NCBI GenBank assembly: GCA_963810065.1
Contig: CAWELX010000007.1
Coordinates: 1,467,534-1,531,533 of the forward strand
DNA length: 64,000 nt
DNA from: an uncultured Chloroflexia bacterium
GTDB lineage: Bacteria > Chloroflexota > Limnocylindria > Limnocylindrales > CSP1-4
Direction: 5' to 3'
The first letter of the stretch is position 1. Every line of letters starts with the position of its first letter. Positions 1 through 8,557 of the stretch are shown in pieces. The translations under genes and the position numbers were made by a program. The notes below the pieces were generated by a model, which was not told the DNA's origin, ran no database searches, and saw only the letters and a list, made by a program, of their open reading frames with translations.

Positions 1-80
1 AGCACGGCCACGATCCCGCCGCAGGGGGATCCGGGGGCTGGCGCGCCCCCGGGGCGTTCCCCGATCCCGACTACGGCCAC

Positions 81-1100
81 ATGCACGGGTGGGACCGCGA
101 CTTCGAGGCCTTTGCCGACTTCGACCTGCCGACCTACGTCGGCCCCGGCACCTTCAGCAACCTCCCCTGGGTGACCGACCCGGACGAGATCCGCCGGCGC
201 GGCGTGGACGTGGCGATCGTCGGGGCGCCCTTCGACGACGCCGTCAGCCACCGGCCGGGCGCCCGCTTCGGGCCGCGGGCCATCCGCGCGGCCAACTACT
301 CCAGCGGCTCGATCAACTCGCTGCAGCTGGGCAACGTGGAGCTCTTCGACGTGCTCACCGTCGTCGATGCCGGCGACGCGAACATCATCCCGGCCTGGAT
401 CGAACGGGGCCACGCTTTCATCTACCGCAAGGTCCGCGACGTCGCCGCGACCGGCGCGATCCCCATCGTCCTGGGCGGCGACCACTCGATCACCTGGCCC
501 TCGGCCACCGCGATCGCCGAGGTCCGCCGACCCGGCAGCATCGGTATCGTCCACTTCGACGCCCACGCGGACACGGCACCCGAGGACTGGGGCGTCCTCG
601 CCGGGCACGGGACGCCCATGCGACGGCTCATCGAGAGCGGCGCGGTCGCGGGCAGGAACTTCGTGCAGGTGGGCCTGCGCGGGTACTGGCCGCCCGTGGA
701 CGTGTTCGATTGGATGAAGGCCCAGGGGATGCGCTGGCACCTCATGCGCGAGATCGAGGAGCGTGGCGCCGAGGCCGTCATCGACGACGCGATCGCCGAA
801 GCGCTCGACGGGCCCGACGCGGTCTACCTCTCGATCGACATCGACGTCATCGACCCGGGGATGGCCCCCGGGACGGGGACCCCGGAGCCGGGCGGGATGC
901 TGACGCGCGAGGTCCTGCGGGCGATCCGGCGGATCGTCGGGGCCGTGGAGCTGGCCGGGATGGACATCGTGGAGGTCTCGCCGCCCTACGACCACGCGGA
1001 GATCACCGCCGCGGCTGCCAACCGTTGCGCGCTCGAGACGATCTCGGCGCTGGCGGTCAAGAAGGCCGCCGGCCACCCGGTGCGCTTCACGCCGCGGTAG
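81..1100 (+). CDS. speB: agmatinase / ureohydrolase (arginase family)
   Basis: 339-aa ORF with arginase-fold metal-binding motifs GGDHSITWP, FDAHADT and SIDIDVIDPG. The N-terminal region (VAIVGAPFD...RFGPRAIR) is typical of agmatinases. The family is clear; the exact substrate cannot be proved from sequence. Confidence 0.85.
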   Translation: MHGWDRDFEAFADFDLPTYVGPGTFSNLPWVTDPDEIRRRGVDVAIVGAPFDDAVSHRPGARFGPRAIRAANYSSGSINSLQLGNVELFDVLTVVDAGDANIIPAWIERGHAFIYRKVRDVAATGAIPIVLGGDHSITWPSATAIAEVRRPGSIGIVHFDAHADTAPEDWGVLAGHGTPMRRLIESGAVAGRNFVQVGLRGYWPPVDVFDWMKAQGMRWHLMREIEERGAEAVIDDAIAEALDGPDAVYLSIDIDVIDPGMAPGTGTPEPGGMLTREVLRAIRRIVGAVELAGMDIVEVSPPYDHAEITAAAANRCALETISALAVKKAAGHPVRFTPR

Positions 1101-1226
1101 GGGAGGGGCCCGGCGTCTCCGCTGGGAGGGGCCCCGAGCGGCTGGGCGCCCGGGGGTGCGGCGGGCGCCGCGTCCCGGAGTGCGGCAGGGCCCCCGGCGT
1201 GCGGCCCTCGGCGTGCGGCCGGGCGC

Positions 1227-1278
1227 GGCCGGCGTCCCGGAGTGCGGCGTGCGGCCGGCGTCCCGGAGTGCGGCGTGC
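1227..1278. repeat. 26-nt tandem repeat (2 perfect units, degenerate copies from about 1160 to 1345)
   Basis: ggccggcgtcccggagtgcggcgtgc occurs at 1227-1252 and again at 1253-1278. The core cgtcccggagtgcggc recurs near 1170 and, diverged, near 1333. All copies lie in the 487-bp spacer after speB. Confidence 0.9.
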
Positions 1279-1574
1279 GGCCGGCGTCCCGGGGCGCGGA
1301 GTCGCCGCGTCCGGCGTGCGGCCGGCGTCCGGGCATCCCGGAGTGCGCCAGCCTCTCCCGGACGTCGCTTGGACAAGCCGGTGCTAGCGGCCAAGCTGCT
1401 GGGATTCCCCTCCGCACGCACGAGGTTGACGACGAACCTCGACTCCAGCGTACGCGCCGTGCGTAATCCACCCGATTCCCAGCGGTCACGCCGCTGGACC
1501 GGCCCGCGCAGCGACCGAGGTTGCCGGGCGCGGCCGACACCCGTCCGCCGTCGACCTGTGGTGCGTGCACGGCG

Positions 1575-1580
1575 TACGAT
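1575..1580 (+). promoter_or_regulatory. -10-like hexamer TACGAT 6 nt upstream of the ATG (candidate leaderless promoter)
   Basis: TACGAT at 1575-1580 is followed by a 6-nt spacer and ATG 1587. There is no Shine-Dalgarno motif in between and no clear -35. Confidence 0.4.
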
Positions 1581-1586
1581 CAGCGC

Positions 1587-2548
1587 ATGACCGCGTCGTA
1601 CGACCGCACGGCCACGGAGACCCCCGCCGAGGCGTTGGCGCGCCTGTACGACCTGGACCTGCAGGACGACCCCGGGGACCTGGACCTCTGGACGGCCCTG
1701 GCCGCAGAGGCCGACGGCCCCATCCTCGAGCTGATGGCCGGCAGCGGGCGCATCGCGGTGCCGCTCGCCGAGCAGGGTCACGCGGTCACCCTGGTGGACC
1801 TGGACCCCGCGATGCTCACCCGCGCCCGGCGCCGCGCTGAGGCGGCCGGGCCGGAGGTCGAGAGCCGCCTGGAGCTGGTCCTGGCGGACGTCGTGGGGCT
1901 GGCGCTGGACGCGACGCCGACCGCCGGCCGCGCCACTGACGGCCGCGCCACTGACGGCCGCGCCACCGACGGCCGCGCCACCGACGGCCGCACCACCGCC
2001 GGCCGCGCCACCGCCGGCCGCGAGCAGGGGAGGCCGCCCCGGCTGACGTGCCGGAGCGCCGGTTCCGCCTCGCGTTCATCGGCCTCAACTCCATCCTCCT
2101 CCTGCCGAGCCGGGCCGCCCAGCGGGCCGCATGGGAGGCGCTCGCCGCGCACCTGGAGCCCGGTGGGTTGGCGGTGGTGGACACCTGGCTGCCCGACGCC
2201 CACGATCTGTCGCGCTATGACGGTCGGCTCCACCTGGAGTACCACCGCCCGGACCCCGAGACCGGCCGCTGGGTGACCAAGACGGCGGCCGCGCAGCACG
2301 ACGCCGCGACGCAGACCGTCGGCCTCACCACGATCTACGAGGAAGGCGATCCCGGGGAGCCCGCCTGCCGCTGGGTGCGCCGCGACGTCGTCCGGTTGGT
2401 GACGGTGGAGGAGCTGCGATCCATGGCCGAAGGCGCCGGCCTCACCGTCGAGCTGATCGCGGGCGGCTACGACCTCGAGCCGCTTGGGCCCCATGACGAT
2501 CGGGCGGTCGTGATCGCCCGAATGCCGGGCTCCGGCGAGGCCGGATGA
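1587..2548 (+). pseudogene. class I SAM-dependent methyltransferase, reading frame broken near 2027-2031 (possible homopolymer indel)
   Basis: The N-terminal half starts at ATG 1587 and carries the SAM-binding segment ILELMAGSGRIAVPLAEQGHAVTLVDLD. The C-terminal half (RFRLAFIGLNSILLLP...LEPGGLAVVD, ORF 2048-2548) is in the -1 frame. The total span is 3n+2. The switch is most simply placed at the GGGG run just after a 15-nt tandem repeat. Confidence 0.7.
1926..2030. repeat. 15-nt tandem repeat (6 units plus a partial unit) inside the methyltransferase coding region
   Basis: The unit ggccgcgccac(t/c)gac is repeated head to tail from 1926 to 2015, with a partial unit to 2030. It encodes (GRATD)n, inserted between methyltransferase core motifs. 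Confidence 0.9.
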
Positions 2549-3720
2549 GCGTGGTATCGTCGGGCGCGATGTCCGCTGCAAGCGCTGGTCCCATTCGCCT
2601 GCTCCTCGTCGAGGACGTGCCGCAGGTCGCGCAGTACGTGCGCGGCCTGCTGAACGCACAGGCCCAGATCAAGCTCGTCGACGTCGTCAACGACGGCGGA
2701 CGGGCGGTCGCCCAGGCGCGCCAGCTGCGGCCCGACGTCGTGCTCGTCGACTGGCTCCTGCAGGGGCGAACGAGGGGCGACAAGGTCGTGGTCCAGCTTC
2801 GCGAGGCCGGCCTCGGGATCCCGGTGGTCGTCCTCACCGTGCCCCAGAACCCGGTGGCACGCGATCCGGTGGGCGGCATCGACGCAGTCCTTGGCATGCC
2901 GTTCTCCGGGTTCGAGCTGGTCAACGTCGTCGTCTCCATTCACCAGGCCGCCCAGGCGGCGAGCGAGTCCATCCGCTCGAAGCTGGTCGTCGTCTATGCC
3001 CCCAAGGGCGGCGTCGGCAAGACGACCGTCGCCTTCAACCTCGCCGTCGCCCTGGGTCAGGCTGGGACGCGCACGGCGCTCGTGGACGGCAGCCTGCAGT
3101 TCGGAGACCTCCGCTCCCTGCTCCGCGTGCCGGCGGACGCCCCCTCCATCCTGGACCTCCCGACCGACCGGATCGGCGAGTCGGACCTGCAGGACGTCCT
3201 GTGGCGCGACCCGTCGGGCATCGACATCCTGCTGGCCCCGCCGCGCGTGGAGATGGCCGAGATGGTCAGCGTGCGCGACGTCGAGAAGGCGCTCTCGATC
3301 CTGCGCCGGCTCTACGGGGCCGTCGTCGTGGACATGCCGTCCGCGCTCGGCGACATCCCGCTCGCGCTGCTCGACGCGGCCGACACGATCCTGGAGATCG
3401 TCACGTACGACTCGACCACGATCCGCAACACGCTGGCGATCGCGGATGCGTTCCGCGCCATCGGGTACCCGGCCGGCAAGGTGCGCTACGTCGTGAACCG
3501 CGCCGACTCCACCGGCGGCATCGCGGCCGAGGACCTGGCGCGCGCGCTGGGCCGCGTGCCGGAGCACACGATCGTGTCCGACGGCATCCTGGTCGTCCAG
3601 GCCAACAACGAGGGCCTCCCGTTCGTCATCGCGAACCCGGACGCCCCGATCAGCCGCGACATCGCGCGGATCGCCGCCAGCCTGGTGAGCGTGGTTCCCG
3701 TCGCAGCCGGGCGGCGCTGA
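2545..3720 (+). CDS. response-regulator receiver domain fused to MinD/ParA-type ATPase (CpaE/TadZ-like), paralog 1
   Basis: 391 aa. The N-terminal CheY-like fold shows LLLVEDVP, VLVDWLL and VVVLTV, but AVLGMPF where KPF is expected. The ATPase domain has an intact deviant Walker A, VVYAPKGGVGKTTVAFNLA. The start overlaps the upstream stop (ATGA at 2545-2548). Confidence 0.85.
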   Translation: MSVVSSGAMSAASAGPIRLLLVEDVPQVAQYVRGLLNAQAQIKLVDVVNDGGRAVAQARQLRPDVVLVDWLLQGRTRGDKVVVQLREAGLGIPVVVLTVPQNPVARDPVGGIDAVLGMPFSGFELVNVVVSIHQAAQAASESIRSKLVVVYAPKGGVGKTTVAFNLAVALGQAGTRTALVDGSLQFGDLRSLLRVPADAPSILDLPTDRIGESDLQDVLWRDPSGIDILLAPPRVEMAEMVSVRDVEKALSILRRLYGAVVVDMPSALGDIPLALLDAADTILEIVTYDSTTIRNTLAIADAFRAIGYPAGKVRYVVNRADSTGGIAAEDLARALGRVPEHTIVSDGILVVQANNEGLPFVIANPDAPISRDIARIAASLVSVVPVAAGRR

Positions 3721-3724
3721 CCCG

Positions 3725-4645
3725 GTGGCCGATCCGCGCCCGATCGGCGTCTTCGACTCCGGGGTGGGGGGCCTCACCGTCCTCCGCGAGATCCTGCGCC
3801 GCCTGCCGGCGGAGCCCACGATCTACCTGGGCGACAACGCCCGGGCGCCGTACGGCATCCGGTCCGACGACGAGGTGCGGCGCTTCAGCACCCAGGCCCT
3901 GGACCGGCTCGTCCGCGAGGACGTCAAGGCGCTCGTCGTCGCCTGCAACACCTCGACGGCCGTCGCCCTGGGGGAGTACCGGCGGCGCTACGACACGCCG
4001 GTGCTGGGCGTGATCCGCCCCGGCGCCCAGGCGGCCGCGCTGGCGACACGGACGCGGCGGGTCGGCGTGATCGCCACGCCGGCAACCATCCGCTCGCACG
4101 CCTACTTCGACGCGATCAAGGAGGAGAACCCGGCGGTCGAGGTCTACGAGCACGCCACCCCGGCGCTGGTCCCGCTGGTGGAGGCCGGCGACTTCTCCGG
4201 CCCGGACGCGGACGCCGCGGTCGCGGACGCGCTGGCGCCGCTGCTGGGGCGCCGCGACGAGAACGGAGAGTTCGTCCACCCGCTGCCGGCCTCCGCGAAG
4301 ATCGACACCCTGCTGCTGGGCTGCACGCACTACCCGCTGCTGCGCCGCGCGTTGCAGGCGGCGGTGGGGGAGAGCGTCGCGATCGTGGACTCCGCGACGG
4401 CCACGGCGGGCGCCCTCGCAGAGCTGCTCTCCGTGAACGGCCTGGAGGTCCCGGGCTCCACCCGGGGGACGGCGGCGGATGCCGGGGGCGAGGGACATCG
4501 CCCGCCGACGATCCGCGCCACGCCGCCCGGCCACCGGGTGATGACCACGGGAGATGTCGCGGTGTTCGAGCGAATCGCCGTCCGGATGTTCGGCGACGCC
4601 TTCCCGGCCGTCGAGGCGATCGAGCTGCAGGCGGCGGCGCGATGA
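3725..4645 (+). CDS. murI: glutamate racemase
   Basis: 306 aa with IGVFDSGVGGLTVLREI, the two catalytic Cys motifs VVACNTSTA and LGCTHYPLL, and a C-terminal TTGD...F motif. Confidence 0.9.
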   Translation: MADPRPIGVFDSGVGGLTVLREILRRLPAEPTIYLGDNARAPYGIRSDDEVRRFSTQALDRLVREDVKALVVACNTSTAVALGEYRRRYDTPVLGVIRPGAQAAALATRTRRVGVIATPATIRSHAYFDAIKEENPAVEVYEHATPALVPLVEAGDFSGPDADAAVADALAPLLGRRDENGEFVHPLPASAKIDTLLLGCTHYPLLRRALQAAVGESVAIVDSATATAGALAELLSVNGLEVPGSTRGTAADAGGEGHRPPTIRATPPGHRVMTTGDVAVFERIAVRMFGDAFPAVEAIELQAAAR

Positions 4646-4661
4646 ACGGAGCGTCGTGGCG

Positions 4662-5915
4662 ATGACCGAACGGCGACGCTCCACCCGGTCGTCGGGCACC
4701 GTCTGGCAGGCCGGCTTCCTGGTGGGCGCCGCGCTTGGCGCCGCCGTGACCGTCATGGGGCGGCGCGCGGAGGCGCACGCGCGGACCGGCCTGGTGGACT
4801 GGGACGCCGTCGAGCGCCTTGCCGAGGCCCGCCTGCGCAACGCCGCCGGGCGCCTGGATCCGGCGGAGATCGCGGCCACCGGCCCGCTCTACGTGGCGGC
4901 GATGCAGCGCGTCGTGCCGGCCCTGGAGGAGGCGCTGGAGACCCCGCTGCCCGGCATCGTGGAGCGCGTCGCCGTCGTCGATCGAGTCGGATGGGTGCAC
5001 GCGAACCTGGCCACCTTCTCGGGCCTCTTCGGCCGGCTCGAGGGCGACCTGCTGGACCAGATCGTGCCGCCCGGCGCCGGCCTGGGCAAGGCGTCGATCG
5101 CCCTGGCGAACCGCTGGGTCACGACGCGCCAGTTCGCGCTCCTCCTGGGCTTCATGGGCCAGCGGGTGCTGGGCCAGTACGATCTGGCGCTCCTCTCCGC
5201 CGAGTCCGAGCCGGGCCAGCTGCTGTTCGTCGAGGAGAACATCCGGCACACGGCCCGGGCGCTGGGCGTGCCGCTGGAGCCCTTCCGGACCTGGATCGCG
5301 CTCCACGAGACGACGCATGCCTTCGAGTTCGAGGCCCACCCGTGGCTTCGGCCGTACCTCGCGGAGCGCCTCGAGAAGCAGCTGGGCGGCCTGTCGCGGA
5401 GCGCTGTCGACCTCGGCCGGGACGCCTCGCGGGCGTTCGGGCGCGCGCTGCGGGGCGGAGACGGGCACTGGATGGAGCGCCTGATGTCGGACGAGCAGCG
5501 CCGCCTGTTCCGGGAGACGCAGACCGTGATGAGCCTGCTGGAAGGGTTCTCCGACCACGTGATGGACGAGGTCGGGCGCGATCTCGTCCCGGGCGTCGAG
5601 ACGATCAGCGCGCGCTTCCACGCCCGGCGTGCCAACCGGACGCCGATGGAGCGGGCGATCCTGCGCATCACCGGCCTGGACCTGAAGATGGAGCAGTACG
5701 CGAGGGGCGAGAGGTTCGTGGCGGCCGTCGAGCGGGCGGCTGGCACCGCCGGGCTGCGGCGTCTCTGGGAAGGACCCGAGACGCTGCCGCGCGACGGTGA
5801 GCTGGAGCGGCCCGAGCGCTGGGTGCGCCGGGTCATGGGCGCCGGAGCCGCGCCCGCGGCCGGATCGGGCGCCGCGCCCGCGGCCGGATCGGGCGCCGCG
5901 GGAGCAGGCTCGTGA
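4662..5915 (+). CDS. zinc metalloprotease-like protein (HExxH; DUF2342 / F420-biosynthesis-associated hydrolase-like family)
   Basis: ATG at 4662 (MTERRRS) is followed by a hydrophobic segment. The HExxH motif appears in WIALHETTHAFEF. The C-terminal tail contains an in-frame 24-nt duplication. The family name is from memory and was not searched. Confidence 0.7.
   Translation: MTERRRSTRSSGTVWQAGFLVGAALGAAVTVMGRRAEAHARTGLVDWDAVERLAEARLRNAAGRLDPAEIAATGPLYVAAMQRVVPALEEALETPLPGIVERVAVVDRVGWVHANLATFSGLFGRLEGDLLDQIVPPGAGLGKASIALANRWVTTRQFALLLGFMGQRVLGQYDLALLSAESEPGQLLFVEENIRHTARALGVPLEPFRTWIALHETTHAFEFEAHPWLRPYLAERLEKQLGGLSRSAVDLGRDASRAFGRALRGGDGHWMERLMSDEQRRLFRETQTVMSLLEGFSDHVMDEVGRDLVPGVETISARFHARRANRTPMERAILRITGLDLKMEQYARGERFVAAVERAAGTAGLRRLWEGPETLPRDGELERPERWVRRVMGAGAAPAAGSGAAPAAGSGAAGAGS
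5847..5894. repeat. 24-nt tandem duplication (x2) in the 3' end of the metalloprotease gene
   Basis: gccgcgcccgcggccggatcgggc occurs at 5847-5870 and 5871-5894 and encodes AAPAAGSG twice. Confidence 0.9.
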
Positions 5916-6928
5916 CCGGGCCGGGCCGGGGCGCCGGCGGCGTCCCGCGGGCGATCGCGCTGACGCCCGTGCTCTCGGCGCGGTACCGGGCCGACGACCT
6001 CGCGGCGATCGGCGCGGCCGCGCCCGGCGCGCGGATCGTGTCGATCTCGCGGGAAGGGCTCGCCGACGGCCCGATCGACGACGTCGAGGTCATGCTCCAC
6101 GGCTGGCTGGCCCCGGACGCCTTCGAGCGCGTGCTGGCCCGGGCCCACGACCTGCGCTGGGTCCACTCGGCGGCGGCCGGGGTCGAGCGCCTCCTCACGC
6201 CGGCGGGCCGGGCTCGCGGCCTGACCATCACGAACGGGCGCGGCGTGTTCAGCCGTCCCATCGCCGAGTACGTCCTGATGATGGCGCTGGCGGTGAACCG
6301 GCGACTTCCACAGCTCCTGGAGCTGGCCGCCGAGCGCACCTGGCAGCCGCTGGAGGGGCGTGAGCTCCGCGACACCACGATCGGCATCATCGGGTTCGGG
6401 AGCATCGGTCGTGCCATCGCGGAGCTGGCGGCGCCGTTCGGGCCCCGGATCCTCGCGACGCGCCGATCGGGAGAGCTGCACCCCGGAGAGGAGCCGCTGC
6501 CCCCGGGCGTGGAGCTCGCGGGCCCAGCAGCGTTCGGCGAGGTCGTCTCCGCGTCGGACTTCGTGGTCCTGGCCGTGCCGCTGACCCCCGAGACCGAGGA
6601 CCTCGTCGACGACCGCGTGCTGGCCCTCATGAAGCGCACGGCGTGGCTGGTGAACATCTCCCGCGGCCGGCTGATCGTCGAGCGGGCGCTGCTCCGGGCG
6701 CTTCGCGAAGGCACGATCGGCGGCGCGATCCTGGACACCTTCCGCGAGGAGCCGTTGCAGCCCGACTCGCCTTTCTACGGCCTTCCCAACGTCATCGTCA
6801 CGCCGCACACGTCGTGGTCCAGCGGCCGCGTCCTCGACGCGACCGTGGAGCTCTTCGCGGAGAACCTGCGCAGGTACGCCGCCGGCGAGCCGCTGCTCAA
6901 CACGGTCGACCCGGGAGCCGGATACTGA
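5912..6928 (+). CDS. D-isomer-specific 2-hydroxyacid dehydrogenase family, NAD-binding
   Basis: 338 aa with the Rossmann motif IGIIGFGSIGRAIA and catalytic-region motifs NISRGRL and TPHTSW. The GTG start overlaps the upstream stop (GTGA at 5912-5915). Confidence 0.85.
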   Translation: MTGPGRGAGGVPRAIALTPVLSARYRADDLAAIGAAAPGARIVSISREGLADGPIDDVEVMLHGWLAPDAFERVLARAHDLRWVHSAAAGVERLLTPAGRARGLTITNGRGVFSRPIAEYVLMMALAVNRRLPQLLELAAERTWQPLEGRELRDTTIGIIGFGSIGRAIAELAAPFGPRILATRRSGELHPGEEPLPPGVELAGPAAFGEVVSASDFVVLAVPLTPETEDLVDDRVLALMKRTAWLVNISRGRLIVERALLRALREGTIGGAILDTFREEPLQPDSPFYGLPNVIVTPHTSWSSGRVLDATVELFAENLRRYAAGEPLLNTVDPGAGY

Positions 6929-6932
6929 CGGC

Positions 6933-8036
6933 ATGCAGATCGCGATCGTGGGCCTCGCGGGCGCTGGCAAGACCACCGTCTTCAACACGCTGACGCGCGG
7001 CGACGCGCAGACCGGCGGCTTCGGCGGGATGGAGCTCCACGTGGGGGTGGTCAAGGTGCCGGACGAGCGCCTTGACCGCCTCGCGGCGATCTTCCACCCG
7101 AAGAAGATCGTCCACGCCGACGTCACGTACATCGACCTCCCGGCGCCGCCGGCCTCGTCGGAGGGCCGGGTCGGCACCGAGGAGCTGCCGGCCGAGCACC
7201 TCGGGAGGCTCCGCGATGCCGACGCGCTGCTCCACGTCGTGCGCACCTGGGATGACCCGCACCACCCGCATCCGGCCGGATCGGTGGACGCGTGGCGCGA
7301 CCTCGAGCAGCTGGACCTGGAGTTCGTCCTGGCCGACCTGTCGATGGTCGACCGGCGCCTGGAGCGGCTCCGCGGCAGCGGGCGCCACGGCACGCCGGCG
7401 GAGCGCGAGGCGAACGAGCGCGAGGCGGTCATCCTGGAGCGGATCCGCGTGGGCCTCGCGGAAGGCCACCCGATTCGCGACGCGGGCCTCGACGCGGACG
7501 AGGAGAAGGCGCTTCGCGGCTTCCGCTTCCTGACCCAGAAGCCGGTCCTTATCCTGCTCAACGTCGGCGAGGGCGAGCTGCCCCAGGCAGGGGACCTGGT
7601 GGCGCAGATCGACGGCCGGTATGACCACCGCCACGCTCTCGTGGACGCGCTCTCGGCGCGCATCGAGATGGAGCTCGGACAGCTCGACCCCGACGAGGCT
7701 GCCGTCTTCGCCGAGGAGCTCGGGATCACCGAGAGCAGCCTGGACCGGGTGATCGCCCTGTCCTATCGGCTGCTGGGCCTGATCAGCTTCCTCACCGCGG
7801 GACCCGACGAGGTTCGCGCGTGGCCCATCCCGGATGGCGCGACGGCGGTCGACGCGGCCGGCGCGATCCATACCGATCTGGCGAAGGGGTTCATCCGCGC
7901 CGAGACCGTCCCCTACGAGGACCTCCTGGCGCTCGGCTCGACCGCCGAGGCGCGCAAGCACGGCAAGCTGCGCTCGGAAGGGAAGACCTACCGCGTTCGC
8001 GACGGAGACGTCCTCGAGATCCTGTTCTCGAAGTAG
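6933..8036 (+). CDS. ychF: redox-regulated ATPase YchF (Obg-like GTPase family)
   Basis: 367 aa. The N-terminal P-loop is MQIAIVGLAGAGKTTVFNTLT. The C-terminal TGS-like end is VRAWPIPDGATAVDAAGAIHTDL...GKTYRVRDGDVLEILF. Confidence 0.9.
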   Translation: MQIAIVGLAGAGKTTVFNTLTRGDAQTGGFGGMELHVGVVKVPDERLDRLAAIFHPKKIVHADVTYIDLPAPPASSEGRVGTEELPAEHLGRLRDADALLHVVRTWDDPHHPHPAGSVDAWRDLEQLDLEFVLADLSMVDRRLERLRGSGRHGTPAEREANEREAVILERIRVGLAEGHPIRDAGLDADEEKALRGFRFLTQKPVLILLNVGEGELPQAGDLVAQIDGRYDHRHALVDALSARIEMELGQLDPDEAAVFAEELGITESSLDRVIALSYRLLGLISFLTAGPDEVRAWPIPDGATAVDAAGAIHTDLAKGFIRAETVPYEDLLALGSTAEARKHGKLRSEGKTYRVRDGDVLEILFSK

Positions 8037-8056
8037 GCCCGCGGCCGAAGGCGGGC
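8037..8056. terminator. short GC hairpin between convergent ychF and an acidic-protein gene
   Basis: gcccgc (8037-8042), an 8-nt loop and gcgggc (8051-8056). The stem is only 6 bp and there is no T-tract. Confidence 0.3.
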
Positions 8057-8059
8057 ACG

Positions 8060-8422
8060 TCAGTCGTTGCGGGTGTCGTCGTCGCCGGCGTAGTCCGCGA
8101 ACACACCCCGGTAGTCGGCGCCGGCGCCCAGCGACTCCAGCTCGTCCTCGCTCGTGGCGATCAGGAAGTTCTCGTCCTCGTCGGTCGACACGTTGGCCGC
8201 CGCGACGAGCCGCTCGTCCGAGATGTAGTCGAAGCCGTAGTTGCGCTCGAGCTCGACGGCGATCGCCTCGATGAGGGTATCTTCCTCGAAACCGCTCACG
8301 ATCCGGCGGCGTGCCGCCTGGACCAGGTCGAAGAAGTCATCCGGCGCGAACTCCTCCTCGTGCGCCAGCAGCACGTCCGCGTAGAGCTCGTCGTCGCCCT
8401 CGTGGAGCTCGTAGTAGTACAC
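8060..8422 (-). CDS. hypothetical small acidic protein (120 aa)
   Basis: This is the C-terminal part of the 8060-10261 minus-strand ORF. The protein-like sequence begins at a GTG (complement of 8420-8422) preceded by GGAG: VYYYELHEGDDELYADVLLAHEEEF...DYAGDDDTRND. No family was recognised. Confidence 0.6.
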   Translation of the reverse strand: MYYYELHEGDDELYADVLLAHEEEFAPDDFFDLVQAARRRIVSGFEEDTLIEAIAVELERNYGFDYISDERLVAAANVSTDEDENFLIATSEDELESLGAGADYRGVFADYAGDDDTRND

Positions 8423-8557
8423 GTGGTCTCCTCGTCTGCCGACCCTGTGTCTCCAGTATACGGACGGCCTGGACCGCTTCCCGCCGCCGCGTCGCGCCGC
8501 GCGCCCGACGCCGACGCGGGCGTCGGCCGGTCCGCGGCACCCGTCGCCGAGCCGGAT

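Noticed and set aside
2545-3720. Tad/Flp pilus assembly locus, suggested by the CpaE/TadZ-like proteins
   Set aside because: No CpaF/TadA ATPase, TadB/C, prepilin peptidase, pilin or secretin genes are present near either paralog. The CpaE-like label describes only domain architecture.
4889-7729. 946-aa minus-strand ORF, with similar giants at 8060-10261 (upstream part), 14095-16536, 18710-21619, 21268-23280, 24050-26473, 33227-35746 and 43089-45482
   Set aside because: All lie antisense to genes with unmistakable conserved motifs (ychF, ftsH, topA, rel and others). Their translations are Arg/Pro/Gly/Ala-rich with no recognisable motifs, as expected for stop-poor off-frames in very GC-rich DNA.
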